A stretch of 64,000 bases of DNA from Eledone cirrhosa (taxonomy: Eukaryota), in the NCBI GenBank assembly GCA_964016885.1, contig OZ024740.1, positions 119,536,001-119,600,000 of the forward strand, read 5' to 3'. Positions 1-9,352 of this stretch are shown one piece after another. Below the pieces are notes generated by a model. It was not told the DNA's origin and did not search any database. It saw only the letters and a list, made by a program, of their open reading frames with translations. Position numbers and translations under genes: made by a program. The stretch's first letter is position 1. Every line of letters begins with the position of its first letter.

Positions 1-156
1 TGTGAGAAGATAAGTCTATTCGTAAATGTGGGGGATAGGTGTTATCTGGTATTAGAACTGGTTTTGTGTGTGTATGTGTGAGAGAGAATAAGTGGAGGTG
101 TAAGCGTGTGTGTGTGTGCGTGTGGGGTGTGTGTAAATATGGGGCTAGAAGCTCTA

Positions 157-1425
157 TCAGGTTATAAATTGGGAGTTGAGTTCTAGACTATTATTGATTG
201 ATGGTTGTGTTTTATCTATAATTAGTGCTTCCTTAATTCTAAGATTGCCGAGGTTTCTTTCCTTAGTTTCTATCCTAACTGTTATGGTTTTGTCGGTGCT
301 TTTGCATTTAACTAGGTGTTTCTTAAATGAAGAAGCGTTAGTATTGAGGTGTTCTTTTATTCTTATGTGGAGTGGTCTGGTGGTGCTACCTACGTAGAAG
401 TTGTTGCATTTGTCACACTCTAGTCTGTATACGACGTAAGCCTGGTGGCATAGGTCTGTGTCGTTGATGGGGCAGTTGGCTTGTATGCAGCAGTTGTCAT
501 GTCTGGTGGAGTGTCTTTTGGTTAGCTGTCGGCGTAGAGAAGGACCTGAGTGGGCCAGTTGGATATCTAGTCCCTCTCGTCTGATAGCTCTGCAGATGGC
601 TGTTGTTTCTTCACTGAAGTGTGGGAGCTTCAGGAAGCAAGTGTTAGTGCCTCGGGTGTGGTGTCCTCTGTTCTTTCTGGCACGGTTTGTGGTGGATGTC
701 GTGTATCCGTTCAGTTTGAGTACTTCCAGGAAATGTGTGGTGTGTGTGTCTCGGTCTCTAGCGTCGTTGCATTTGTTCCGGATACGTGCCAGTTCGTTCC
801 TTATGTATCCGAACTTGGCACCGAGTGGGAGGGCCGATCTGAAATGTACGAACAGGTCCTTGCTGGCGGCTTTTTTATAGAAGCAGGTGTGGATGTTGCC
901 TTCCTCTGTAACCCTGAGTTGGAAGTCCAGTAGGGATAGAGATCCGCGGTCATCGGGGTGTTCCATGCTGAACTTTATACTGGCGTCCATGCTGGAGAAT
1001 GTTGTGTATATTTTATCTGCCTCCTCACGGGATGATGTAAGGATGAGTATGTCATCTACATATCGGGTGAAGAAAGCATGGGAATGGCAGGTGTTGAGGG
1101 CTAGGCATTCTATCTGGTTCATGTAGGTGATGGCCAGCAGGCCTGATAGGCTGGATCCCAAGGGTAATCCTGTTGTCTGTCTGCATGTGTGGTGGTGGAA
1201 GGTGAAGTACGTGTTGTCTACTGTGAAGGACAAAAGCTGGTGTATGTCCTTCGGGTGGAGGCCGTAGCAGTGGATGTCCTCTGCGACCATGCAGTCCGTC
1301 AATAAATCGACAGCTGGATGAGCGGGGACTGTAGTGTAGAGGGAGACAACGTCGAGGCTAAAAGCGTATTTATTTAGTTTAAGTAGTTCTGGCTGGAGTT
1401 GGTGTAGTCTACGTATAACTTCGTC
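157..1425 (-). CDS. Penelope-like element ORF (5'-truncated): reverse transcriptase plus C-terminal GIY-YIG endonuclease
   Basis: ORF 157..1302 reads open upstream to about 1425 (SDEVIRRLHQ...YAFSLDVVSLYTTVP). RT motifs SLDVVSLYT, QTTGLPLGSSLSG, RYVDD, LSLLDF, FYKK; endonuclease VVYRLECDKCNNFYVGSTTRPLHIRIKEH...IKEALII...PSIN. Confidence 0.92.
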   Translation of the reverse strand, partial: DEVIRRLHQLQPELLKLNKYAFSLDVVSLYTTVPAHPAVDLLTDCMVAEDIHCYGLHPKDIHQLLSFTVDNTYFTFHHHTCRQTTGLPLGSSLSGLLAITYMNQIECLALNTCHSHAFFTRYVDDILILTSSREEADKIYTTFSSMDASIKFSMEHPDDRGSLSLLDFQLRVTEEGNIHTCFYKKAASKDLFVHFRSALPLGAKFGYIRNELARIRNKCNDARDRDTHTTHFLEVLKLNGYTTSTTNRARKNRGHHTRGTNTCFLKLPHFSEETTAICRAIRREGLDIQLAHSGPSLRRQLTKRHSTRHDNCCIQANCPINDTDLCHQAYVVYRLECDKCNNFYVGSTTRPLHIRIKEHLNTNASSFKKHLVKCKSTDKTITVRIETKERNLGNLRIKEALIIDKTQPSINNSLELNSQFIT

Positions 1426-1588
1426 GGAGCTACGTATAACTTCGTCGAAGAAGAGATATTATCTCGAAAATTAAGGACATTTAAATAAATCTAAGGTAAA
1501 AGACGTAATTGTAAGGTAAAAGAGGTAATTGCATTCTTTTTCTATGTCCATACCTGCATTGTTTTGGCTTTATTATACATATTCAAAC

Positions 1589-1591
<3 letters not shown>

Positions 1592-1664
<73 letters not shown>
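1592..1664. repeat. (TA)n microsatellite
   Basis: Visible dinucleotide run; one of many (also near 2620, 3940, 24855, 37175, 51410, 59135, 63220). Confidence 0.98.
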
Positions 1665-1665
<1 letters not shown>

Positions 1666-1818
1666 AGAATTATACTAAAATAAATTTATTTCAGTCATAT
1701 TATAATTAGTAGAACTTCATTTTTTCAAAACAGTGTAAACATGTACAGTATATTAAAAGTATGTGTTGCAAACAAAATATACATTTTAAAACAAAAACAT
1801 TTCACATACAAATTCATG

Positions 1819-1894
1819 CTTATACCATGGTTTCAATAGATATTAATTAAGATAATTAATAAATAAAGACCCCATAAACAACCCCATCAGTAAG
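1819..1894 (-). ncRNA. Type I hammerhead ribozyme-like motif (core variant CUGAUGG)
   Basis: Minus strand: CUUA CUGAUGG [long stem-loop II] GAAA CCAUGG UA UAAG. Stem I CUUA/UAAG, palindromic stem III CCAUGG, GUA triplet; base of stem II pairs weakly. Confidence 0.6.
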
Positions 1895-2409
1895 TAATGT
1901 CTTAAAACATTCCTTATCGCCTTTACCATAAAATTCAAGTGTAATACTTTGTGTTGTTAGATGTCTTGACAGCAAAATCCGTCTCCCACCGAAAAGATTC
2001 TAATATGAACAATATTTCATGTGCTTTTAGCTTTAAAACACTAGGTCTAATATCAAAAGCCAGCGGTTAAAAGGGAAGCAAGCTTGAAAAAGACCCTTAA
2101 TAAATCTCCAAATAAAAACAACTCTACCTAGATTAATTCAATTAATTAAAGGCACAAGCAATAATATAAGAACAGACTAAAGTAAATTTATTTCAGTCAT
2201 ATTACACAATAGATAGATCCAATAGTATATAGGATAAACAATATATTTAGTAGAGCTTCAGTTTTCCAAAATTATATTTATGTGTAAAAATTTACAATAT
2301 ATATATAGAGAGAGAGATAGAACACTGGAAGGTAATATCCGTAGTGGTTGAGCACTCAATCCATGGGATGAGTTTGGTAAAAGTAGAAACACAACAGTTA
2401 GTTCACCAT

Positions 2410-2451
2410 ACTGAGAACAATTGTTTCACCTTAGCTGATCTTCAGCTAGGA
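2410..2451 (-). ncRNA. Minimal hammerhead motif in a solo PLE terminal-repeat fragment (2323-2451)
   Basis: Minus strand: CCUAG CUGAAGA UCAGCUAAGGU GAAA CAAUUG UU CUC. The segment 2323-2451 is homologous to 36171-36311, which lies downstream of a PLE endonuclease. Confidence 0.55.
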
Positions 2452-2613
2452 CTGGTCATGGTTCCTTTGCTGAAAATAGAAGTAAGTGACATACTCACTA
2501 CTTTAAAATAATAGTGAAAGGCGTTCAAAATGTTTTTAATTAAACATACAGTATATTGCCAAATATTCTATACATACATTCATGTATACATCGCTATTTC
2601 AGAGCATCAATCC

Positions 2614-2684
<71 letters not shown>

Positions 2685-2754
2685 ATATTAGGTCCCTTAT
2701 GATTTGAACACATATATGTATATATCTGTGTTTATCTCTCTTTATTATATTAAA

Positions 2755-2793
2755 CTAGCAGAACCCCCCCCCCCCACGGGTGGTTTTCTGCTA
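2755..2793. repeat. Short hairpin, possibly a Helitron/Helentron-type terminus
   Basis: ctagcagaaccc...ggttttctgctag inverted repeat bounded by CTAG. Confidence 0.35.
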
Positions 2794-2966
2794 GCATGTG
2801 TGGTGTGTATATTGATATTTTACACAAATATATCTGCATGTAAATATGATACATCAAATAAAATCCTAATTGACAATATACAAAGAAATTGAACAAAGCC
2901 TATGTTACACTGTCTTCTGTAATCAGTAATCCATGATATATTTTTAAAAAAGACGACATTATATAT

Positions 2967-3148
2967 TGGATTGGCAGTATCGGTAGAGGGTCGGACGCCA
3001 TGCTTTCCAGCATAGTTACGTCCCTTTACGATCTGAGTTCAAATCCCGCCGAGGTTGACTTTGCCTTTCATCCTTACGGGGTCGATAAAATAAAGTACCA
3101 GTAATGCACTGGGTAATTGCTGGCCTTGTGCCTAAAGTAGAAACAATT
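2967..3148 (+). mobile_element. tRNA-derived SINE family A (Deu/Nin-like central domain)
   Basis: A-box-like TGGCAGTATCGG, B-box GAGTTCAAATCC, central GCCTTTCATCCTTACGGGGTCGATAAAATAAAGTACCAG, tail GGCCTTGTGCCTAAAGTAGAAACAATT; more than 10 copies in the window. Domain name is from memory. Confidence 0.88.
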
Positions 3149-3704
3149 ATATATAAACTGCATTAGGAGAAAATTAACGACGGAAATATATGCGATTATA
3201 AGTGTTATAATATAACGGCCGCTAACCGGAAGTGTTGACATTTGATAATTTTAAAGAATTGAATTTTAAAGATCTTTAAATAAGCTATAAAATATATTTA
3301 ATTAACAGCCACGAAATTTAGCCCATAAATTATGTAATATTCATTCATAATTTATTCAACGTAATCCAACTTATTTTACAAACGGATAAAAAAATATATT
3401 CTGGACGCAATCCTGGAGACCTTCCTTTATTATAATTATAGGCTCAGAAATTTTTTTACTTGAGCTATTTTAATTGGAAGAGACTATTCTGAGTTTTTAA
3501 CTCCATATATACTTTTGATGAATTCAGGTCCTAGAATTTTGTAGAGCTTTTTAAATGTCAAGTAAATCTGGCTGCTATTTTTAGTTGCATACGTTTTACG
3601 AGAAATGCTAGGCACTGAATGCCATGTGCGTTTTTTTCTCTCTTAAACATGCACTTCATTTAGTCTTCTAAGAAACCTAGAAGTGATGGATTTACTAATT
3701 TGTA

Positions 3705-3780
3705 CATCCACTGAAGAGCAATCGGATTAGTAAATCCCTTTACCTGATGCGAAACAGTTTTACCAAAGACTATCTAGATG
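3705..3780 (+). ncRNA. Type I hammerhead ribozyme-like motif with full-length stem III
   Basis: CAUCCA CUGAAGA GCAAUCGG...CCUGAUGC GAAA C AGUUUU acca AAGACU A UC UAGAUG. Stems I, II and III all pair; two mismatches are consistent with G>A decay. Confidence 0.7.
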
Positions 3781-3935
3781 ATTGATAGTTATCATGATTC
3801 GGTTTGTACTATTTCTTAATTTATTCTTTTAATTGACTCTAGCAAACCGTATTGTTCATAGTTAGTATCTTATTCACCCCAGCGGTTTTGTTCCCTTATG
3901 ATTTGAACACTGTGTTTATCTCTCTTTATTATATT

Positions 3936-3989
<54 letters not shown>

Positions 3990-4004
3990 TACATAGATAC
4001 AGAC

Positions 4005-4056
<52 letters not shown>

Positions 4057-4167
4057 TATATATATAAGGAACAAAGAATAAGTGTTGCATCATTTATAAG
4101 ACCATACGCTATCGGTTTTAAAGTAGTGACTATGTCACTTACTTCTTTTCGGCGAAAGAAGGGAGAG

Positions 4168-4202
4168 AGTCTGTTTCACGCTGGTTGTCAATCATCAGAG
4201 CC
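4168..4202 (-). ncRNA. Hammerhead motif, inverted copy lacking the cleavage-site segment
   Basis: Minus strand GGCU CUGAUGA UUGACAACCAGCGU GAAA CAGACU; the GUUAGCU segment present in the + copy is missing. Confidence 0.55.
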
Positions 4203-4478
4203 GCGCACGCCTGCTTCTGCCGATAATTATAGAAGTAAGTGACATAGTCTACTTTAAAACCGATAGCGTATGGTCTTCTAAATGTTTTAAATTAAACATA
4301 CAGTATATTGCCAAATATACTATACATACATTCATGTATACATTGCTATTTCAGAGCACTAATCCTAATACCTAATTTTTCTGGACCAGCAATTACTCTG
4401 TATAATCAGCTCCTGGATATTACTGGAATTCTATAAGAATCCAGCTTCTATCATTTTCGACGGAACCAGGGCGTGCGT

Positions 4479-4520
4479 GGCCCTGATGATCGCCAAGCAG
4501 CATGAAACAGACTGTTAGCT
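4479..4520 (+). ncRNA. Minimal type I hammerhead motif
   Basis: GGCC CUGAUGA UCGCCAAGCAGCAU GAAA CAGACUG UU AGCU; combining both copies gives stem I GGCU/AGCU and stem III CAG/CUG. Confidence 0.65.
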
Positions 4521-4650
4521 TCTCTCCCTTCTTTCGCTGAAAATAAGTGACATACTCACTACTTTAAAACCGATAGCGTATGGTCTTCTAAATGTTTTTA
4601 ATTAAACATACGGTATATTGCCAAATATACTATACATACATTCATATATA

Positions 4651-5173
4651 TATATATCATAAAACATGTCTATAGAATCACCAGATAAAATATATACCAT
4701 TTCCTCTCCCAATTAGCATAATTAACCATATAAAAAATCGAATAGACCAGGCTATAAGAATAAAGCTTCTATGAAGAAATCTCCAACAAATAACCGAAAC
4801 CACCCCTTCGCGTCGGCTGCGACGGAATATTTATCGAATATTTCAACAGCGTAATCGCCCAGATATACAGTCAATTAAACCGAATTAGGTGTAAAATAAA
4901 CTAAGAGAAAAGAGAATACATTGATTTACCTCGACCATGGCTTCGTCCGCATTTTAAGATTTCCGATAACTTCGGAAACTCGAGCACCGGACTCTTCAGG
5001 AGTTTGCTCAAATCTAGACAATAAATTTTCCAAAGTGATCGCGCCAAGAATACATTCAAAAATGGCTAAGAATCGTGACGTAGCAGCGGTCAGGTTGGAA
5101 GGAGTGTGGTTATTTGCTTACGGCTGGTATATATTTTATCTGGTAATTCTATAGACATGTTTTATGATATATA
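4651..5173. mobile_element. ~520-bp non-coding element bounded by 49-bp inverted repeats, containing a hammerhead motif
   Basis: 4651-4699 (atcataaaacatgtctatagaatcaccagataaaatatatacca) is the reverse complement of 5125-5173 with one mismatch; TA-rich flanks. Confidence 0.75.
4930..5002 (-). ncRNA. Type I hammerhead ribozyme motif (GAAG variant)
   Basis: Minus strand CUC CUGAAGA GUCCG [inner hairpin UUUCCGA/UCGGAAA] CGGAC GAAG CCAUGG UC GAG: perfect stems I and II, palindromic stem III, GUC triplet. Confidence 0.8.
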
Positions 5174-5286
5174 GCTCTGATTATTTAATTTATTAACTTT
5201 TCATTGAGCCACAAAGTGACCCGTTGCAAAACACGTATATGTATATATGTATATATATATGTAAGCCTTTATATATATATATAAGC

Positions 5287-5325
<39 letters not shown>

Positions 5326-5420
5326 CCTTTATATATATATATATATATAAGCCTTTATATATATATATATATATCAATGATATTAAATAAAAGGAAATTA
5401 TATTTATGAAACCATATTTA

Positions 5421-5477
5421 TTCTATTATATATATTCCAAGGGTACCAAAACGTTGATATGCTCTCATCAGATAAAA
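5421..5477 (-). ncRNA. Hammerhead motif, left arm (GAAA>GGAA, probably inactive)
   Basis: Minus strand UUUUAU CUGAUGA GAGCAUAUCAA...UUGGUACCCUU GGAA UAUAUA UA AUAGAA. Confidence 0.65.
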
Positions 5478-5609
5478 TACAAAGTTTGTTTTATAAATAT
5501 TGACATATCCAGGAAGAAGATCTTAACGGTTCGACTTTTTCCTGGAAAAACTTGAACCGTTAAGATCTTCGTCCTGGATATGTCAATGTTTATATAAAAA
5601 AACTTTGTA

Positions 5610-5666
5610 TTTTATCTGATGAGAGCGTACCAAAGTGTTGGTACCCTTGAAATATATATAATAGAA
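5610..5666 (+). ncRNA. Type I minimal hammerhead ribozyme with canonical core
   Basis: UUUUAU CUGAUGA GAG c GUACCAA agug UUGGUAC c CUU GAAA UAUAUA UA AUAGAA: 6-bp stem I, long stem II, palindromic stem III, AUA triplet. Confidence 0.85.
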
Positions 5667-5796
5667 TAAATATAGTTTTATAAATATAATTTCCATTTAT
5701 TTAATATCATTGATATTATACTTCAGTTATAAACATATATATTTGTTGAATTACCAACAAATTAAATATCCCTTTTGATATATATATATATATATA

Positions 5797-7013
5797 GAGA
5801 ATAAATTCCAAACCTGGAAGCAGGGACTAGAGAGAAAGGGCCTCAAAGTCAACATGACAAAGACTAAGGTCCTTATAAGTAGACGAGAAAACAGAACCCA
5901 GATCCCCTCAGGGAAATGGCCTTGCTCAGTATGTAGGAAAGGTGTAGGTAGGAACTCCATTCTTTGCCCCAAATGCAAACAATGGGTACACAAGAGATGT
6001 AGCGGGATCTCAGGAAGCTTAATTAAGAATGTAGGATTCACATGCAGCAGCTGTGCTGAAACAGCAAGCAAACAGCCACAGGAAACAAGTACCACCAATC
6101 TCTGGGAGGGCCCTGTAGAAACAGTAGACAGCTTCTGCTACCTAGGTGACCGAATTAGCAACGGAGGTGGGTGCTCAGAAAGTACAATAACTAGGGTAAG
6201 AACGGGATGGAAGAAGTTTAGGGAACTACTACCACTGCTAGCTGCAAAAGGCTTCTCCCTCAGAATGAAAGGCAGACTGTATGATGCGTGTATCCGAACA
6301 GCGATGTTGCATGGTAGTGAGACCTGGGCGCTGAAGGTGGAAGACTTACGTAGATTAGAGAGAAACGAAGCCTGCATGCTCCGATGGATGTGTAACAGTA
6401 ATATACGTGAACGACAAAGCATAAATGAATTGAGAGAGAGACTGAGCATAAGAGGAATCAAATGCTGCGTGCAGGAGAGGCGGTTACGCTGGTATGGACA
6501 TGTGATGCGTATGAAGGATGACAGCTGCATAAAGAGGTGCAGAGCACTAGAAGTTGATGGAAACCGCGGAGTGGGGAGACCCAAGATGACTTGGGATGAG
6601 GTGATAAAAGCCGACCTTACCCAACTACACCTCTCAAAGTCAATGACACACGACCGTGACTTCTGGCGTCACGCAGTAATACAGGGTACCCGACCTCCCA
6701 TGGGTACATGCTGAAGCATATAAACAATATGCCCCCCCCCCACCGCAAGGTGGTCGTGGAGGTGCCACGGCAAAAAAGCACCCAGCCCACACTGTAAAGT
6801 GGACGTGTAGGCGCCACGAAAAAGCACCCAGCACTCACTGTAAATGAGGTTGGTGTTAGGAAGGGCATCCAGCTGTAGAAATCAAGCCAGATCAGTTCCT
6901 GTATGAGCAAGGCATGGTCAGCCGACCAGACACTGCCCACAACAGGACAACCCGTCTAACCCATGCTAGCGTGGAAGAACGGACGTAAAACGGTGATGAT
7001 GATGATGATGATG
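5797..7013 (+). mobile_element. 5'-truncated RTE-clade LINE: end of RT, Cys/His finger insertion, C-terminal domain, 3'UTR and (GAT)n tail
   Basis: ORF 5854..6714: GLKVNMTKTKV, CSVC...CPKCKQWVHKRC...CSSC, VDSFCYLG, LHGSETW, RRLRWYGHVMRM, RGVGRPKMTW; ends in (gat)n at about 6995-7013; starts in a (TA)n run. Confidence 0.9.
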
Positions 7014-7183
7014 ATATAATATATGTATATGCACACAGTTTAAAGTCACCAAAGATGTTTCATCAATTTCCGACCATGACCCACTCACTCAATGAGCTTG
7101 TGGTTGTAAAACTGCACTCTAAATTTCAGAGAGCTGTAGCAGTGTTTTGGTAAAGATACTTCATATATCTAACTCCTATATAT

Positions 7184-7373
7184 AATTGTTTCTACTTTTT
7201 GGCACAAGGCCAGCAATTACCCAGTGCCTTACTGGTACTTTATTTTATCGACCCCATAAGGATGAAAGGCAAAGTTAAGCTTGGCGGGATTTGAACTCAG
7301 ACTGCAAAGGGACGTAACTGTATGCTGCCAAGCATGGCATCCGACCATCTACCGATACTGCCAATCCACCTCC
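7184..7373 (-). mobile_element. SINE family A copy
   Basis: Reverse-complement match to 2967-3148. Confidence 0.88.
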
Positions 7374-8631
7374 CTCCATGCAAGTTCAACTCTCCCTCTC
7401 TCCTTCAAACTTTGTTTTTCAATATCTTCTTCCTGAAATGTGGCCCTCCATCCTTTTTTTATGGTTCTCTAGTCCTTTGTTTTCAACTGTGATCTAACCA
7501 TGACCGTTTTATTTACACTCTATGAACATTGATATATGGCAGGATTTATTATAGTTTTTAAACTCTTTTTTCAGCACAGTAAAATCCTATTTGCTGTTAG
7601 TTCTATTAATATTTTTACTATTGATATCATTGTTGCTATTGTAACAGCTGATAAGAATCATATTTATCTAATGGTAATTTGAATAAGTGCTAACAGTATT
7701 TCCACATATTCAGCATCAGCTGACGATCTTAAAGAAAACATTTTATATTAATCAGCCCATCTGCACTAGGTATAAAAAAATGTTTGAGCAACTTTGCCAA
7801 TTTCCATTTATGGTGTTCTTTGTCACTATTGTGATGACTGACAAGCACATTTTTGTGGAGGTCAGACAGTCAGTAGAAATAGCTATTGATGAAATAGTTT
7901 AGATGGCAACATTATTCCCTTGATGGTGTCTTTAGAAACACCACATATCAGATTTGAATTATTCAGTGAAGACAAAGAAAGAGAAAGAACAACACGAATT
8001 CTATAGGATGTATTATATGAATAAGTTAATTTGTCTTGATCCATTTAACAGTAACTATCAAAGAATACTTGACATTTGACAACTCGTTAAATAATCAGAA
8101 GAAAATAGATATATTAATTAATTGAAAGTTCATAGGACTGTTGGTGAGTTGAATTGCCGTGAGAATTATAGAAAACAAATTTGTGTTTTGTAGCCTTTGT
8201 CAGAAAGCAAGAAATTAAATAGGAAAACATAAAACAAAGGAATTATTTCGGATGTTAGGAGAAAGGTTCGAGACATAAATGGTGTGAGAGGGTCAGAAGC
8301 CTAAGATGCATAGTCAACAAAGCAGTAAGTTAAGAACATGTAGAAAGTTGGAGTGTCTCACACAAAACACACAGAAATGTGAAGGTGACTCAAATAAATA
8401 AAGGGAAGGGGGTTAACAGTAAAAAGAGGAGAGAGGGAAAGAGAGAAAGAGTGATGGGGAGAAGGAGAGAGATGAGAAGAAGGAGATAGAGGCAGAGAAA
8501 GACAGAGAGAAAGGAAAAGAGAGAGGGAGACAAGGCAATAATGTAGCTGTTTTTGAAAAGCCATCACAGTCTCCCTTGTTGGGTCATATATATTACAGTG
8601 CTTGTAATAGTAGCATTATTATTCATCCACC

Positions 8632-9352
8632 AGGGCGGTGGATTGGCAGTATCGGTAGAGGGTCGAACGCCATGCTTTCCAGCATAGTTACATCTCTTTA
8701 CGATCTGAGTTCAAATCCCGCCGAGGTTGACTTTGTCTTTCATCCTTACGGGGGTCGATAAAAAGTACCAGTAATGCACTGGTTATTTGCTGGCCTTGTG
8801 CCTAAAGTAGAAACAATTATTATTCAACCAGTAATGCACTGGTGAATTGCTGGCCTTGTGCCTAAAGTAGAAACAATTATTATTCAATATACATAGAGGG
8901 CAGTGAATTGGATGTATAAGTAAAACATCGGAGAATATACTTTGCGTCATATAGTTACGGCCCTTTATGTTCTGAGTTCAAATCCCACTGAAGTCAACTT
9001 TGACTTTATCCTTACTGGTTCAATAAAACAAAGCAACAGTAATGCACTGGGCATCGATGTAATCGACTTTCCCCTCTCCTTAAATAGCAGGCCTTGTGCC
9101 TATAGTAGAAATCATTATAATTCAATACATAGAGGGTGGTGGATTAGCATTGTCAGTAGAGCATCGGACAATTTGTTTTGCGCCATATAGTTACAGCCCT
9201 TTATGTTCTGAATTCAAATCCCGCAGGGATCAACTTTGCCTTTCATCTTTATGGAGTCGATAAAATAAAGTACCAGTAATACAATGGGGTTGATTTATTT
9301 GACTTTCCCTTTCTCAAAATTGTTGGCTTTGTGCCTAAATCAGAAACCATTA
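8632..9352 (+). mobile_element. Head-to-tail array of three SINE family A copies plus a duplicated tail
   Basis: Copies at about 8632-8820, 8897-9118 and 9133-9352; tail duplicated at 8827-8880. Confidence 0.88.

Larger units (their letters stand above)
4089..4650. mobile_element. Non-coding hammerhead-bearing element: ~310-bp partial tandem repeat plus an upstream inverted copy (PLE pseudo-LTR or retrozyme-like)
   Basis: 4236-4345 recurs at 4544-4645 (offset 308-310); 4091-4213 is the reverse complement of about 4467-4594; a further diverged copy lies at 2465-2620. Confidence 0.8.
5371..5716. repeat. ~345-bp palindrome (two ~172-bp arms, centre 5543)
   Basis: Arms are reverse complements throughout, e.g. 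gacatatccaggaagaagatcttaacggttc vs gaaccgttaagatcttcgtcctggatatgtc, with scattered mismatches. Confidence 0.95.

Noticed and set aside
1409-1447. ATAACTTCGT resembles a loxP half-site
   Set aside because: The copies are direct rather than inverted, incomplete, and lie in PLE coding frame; coincidence.
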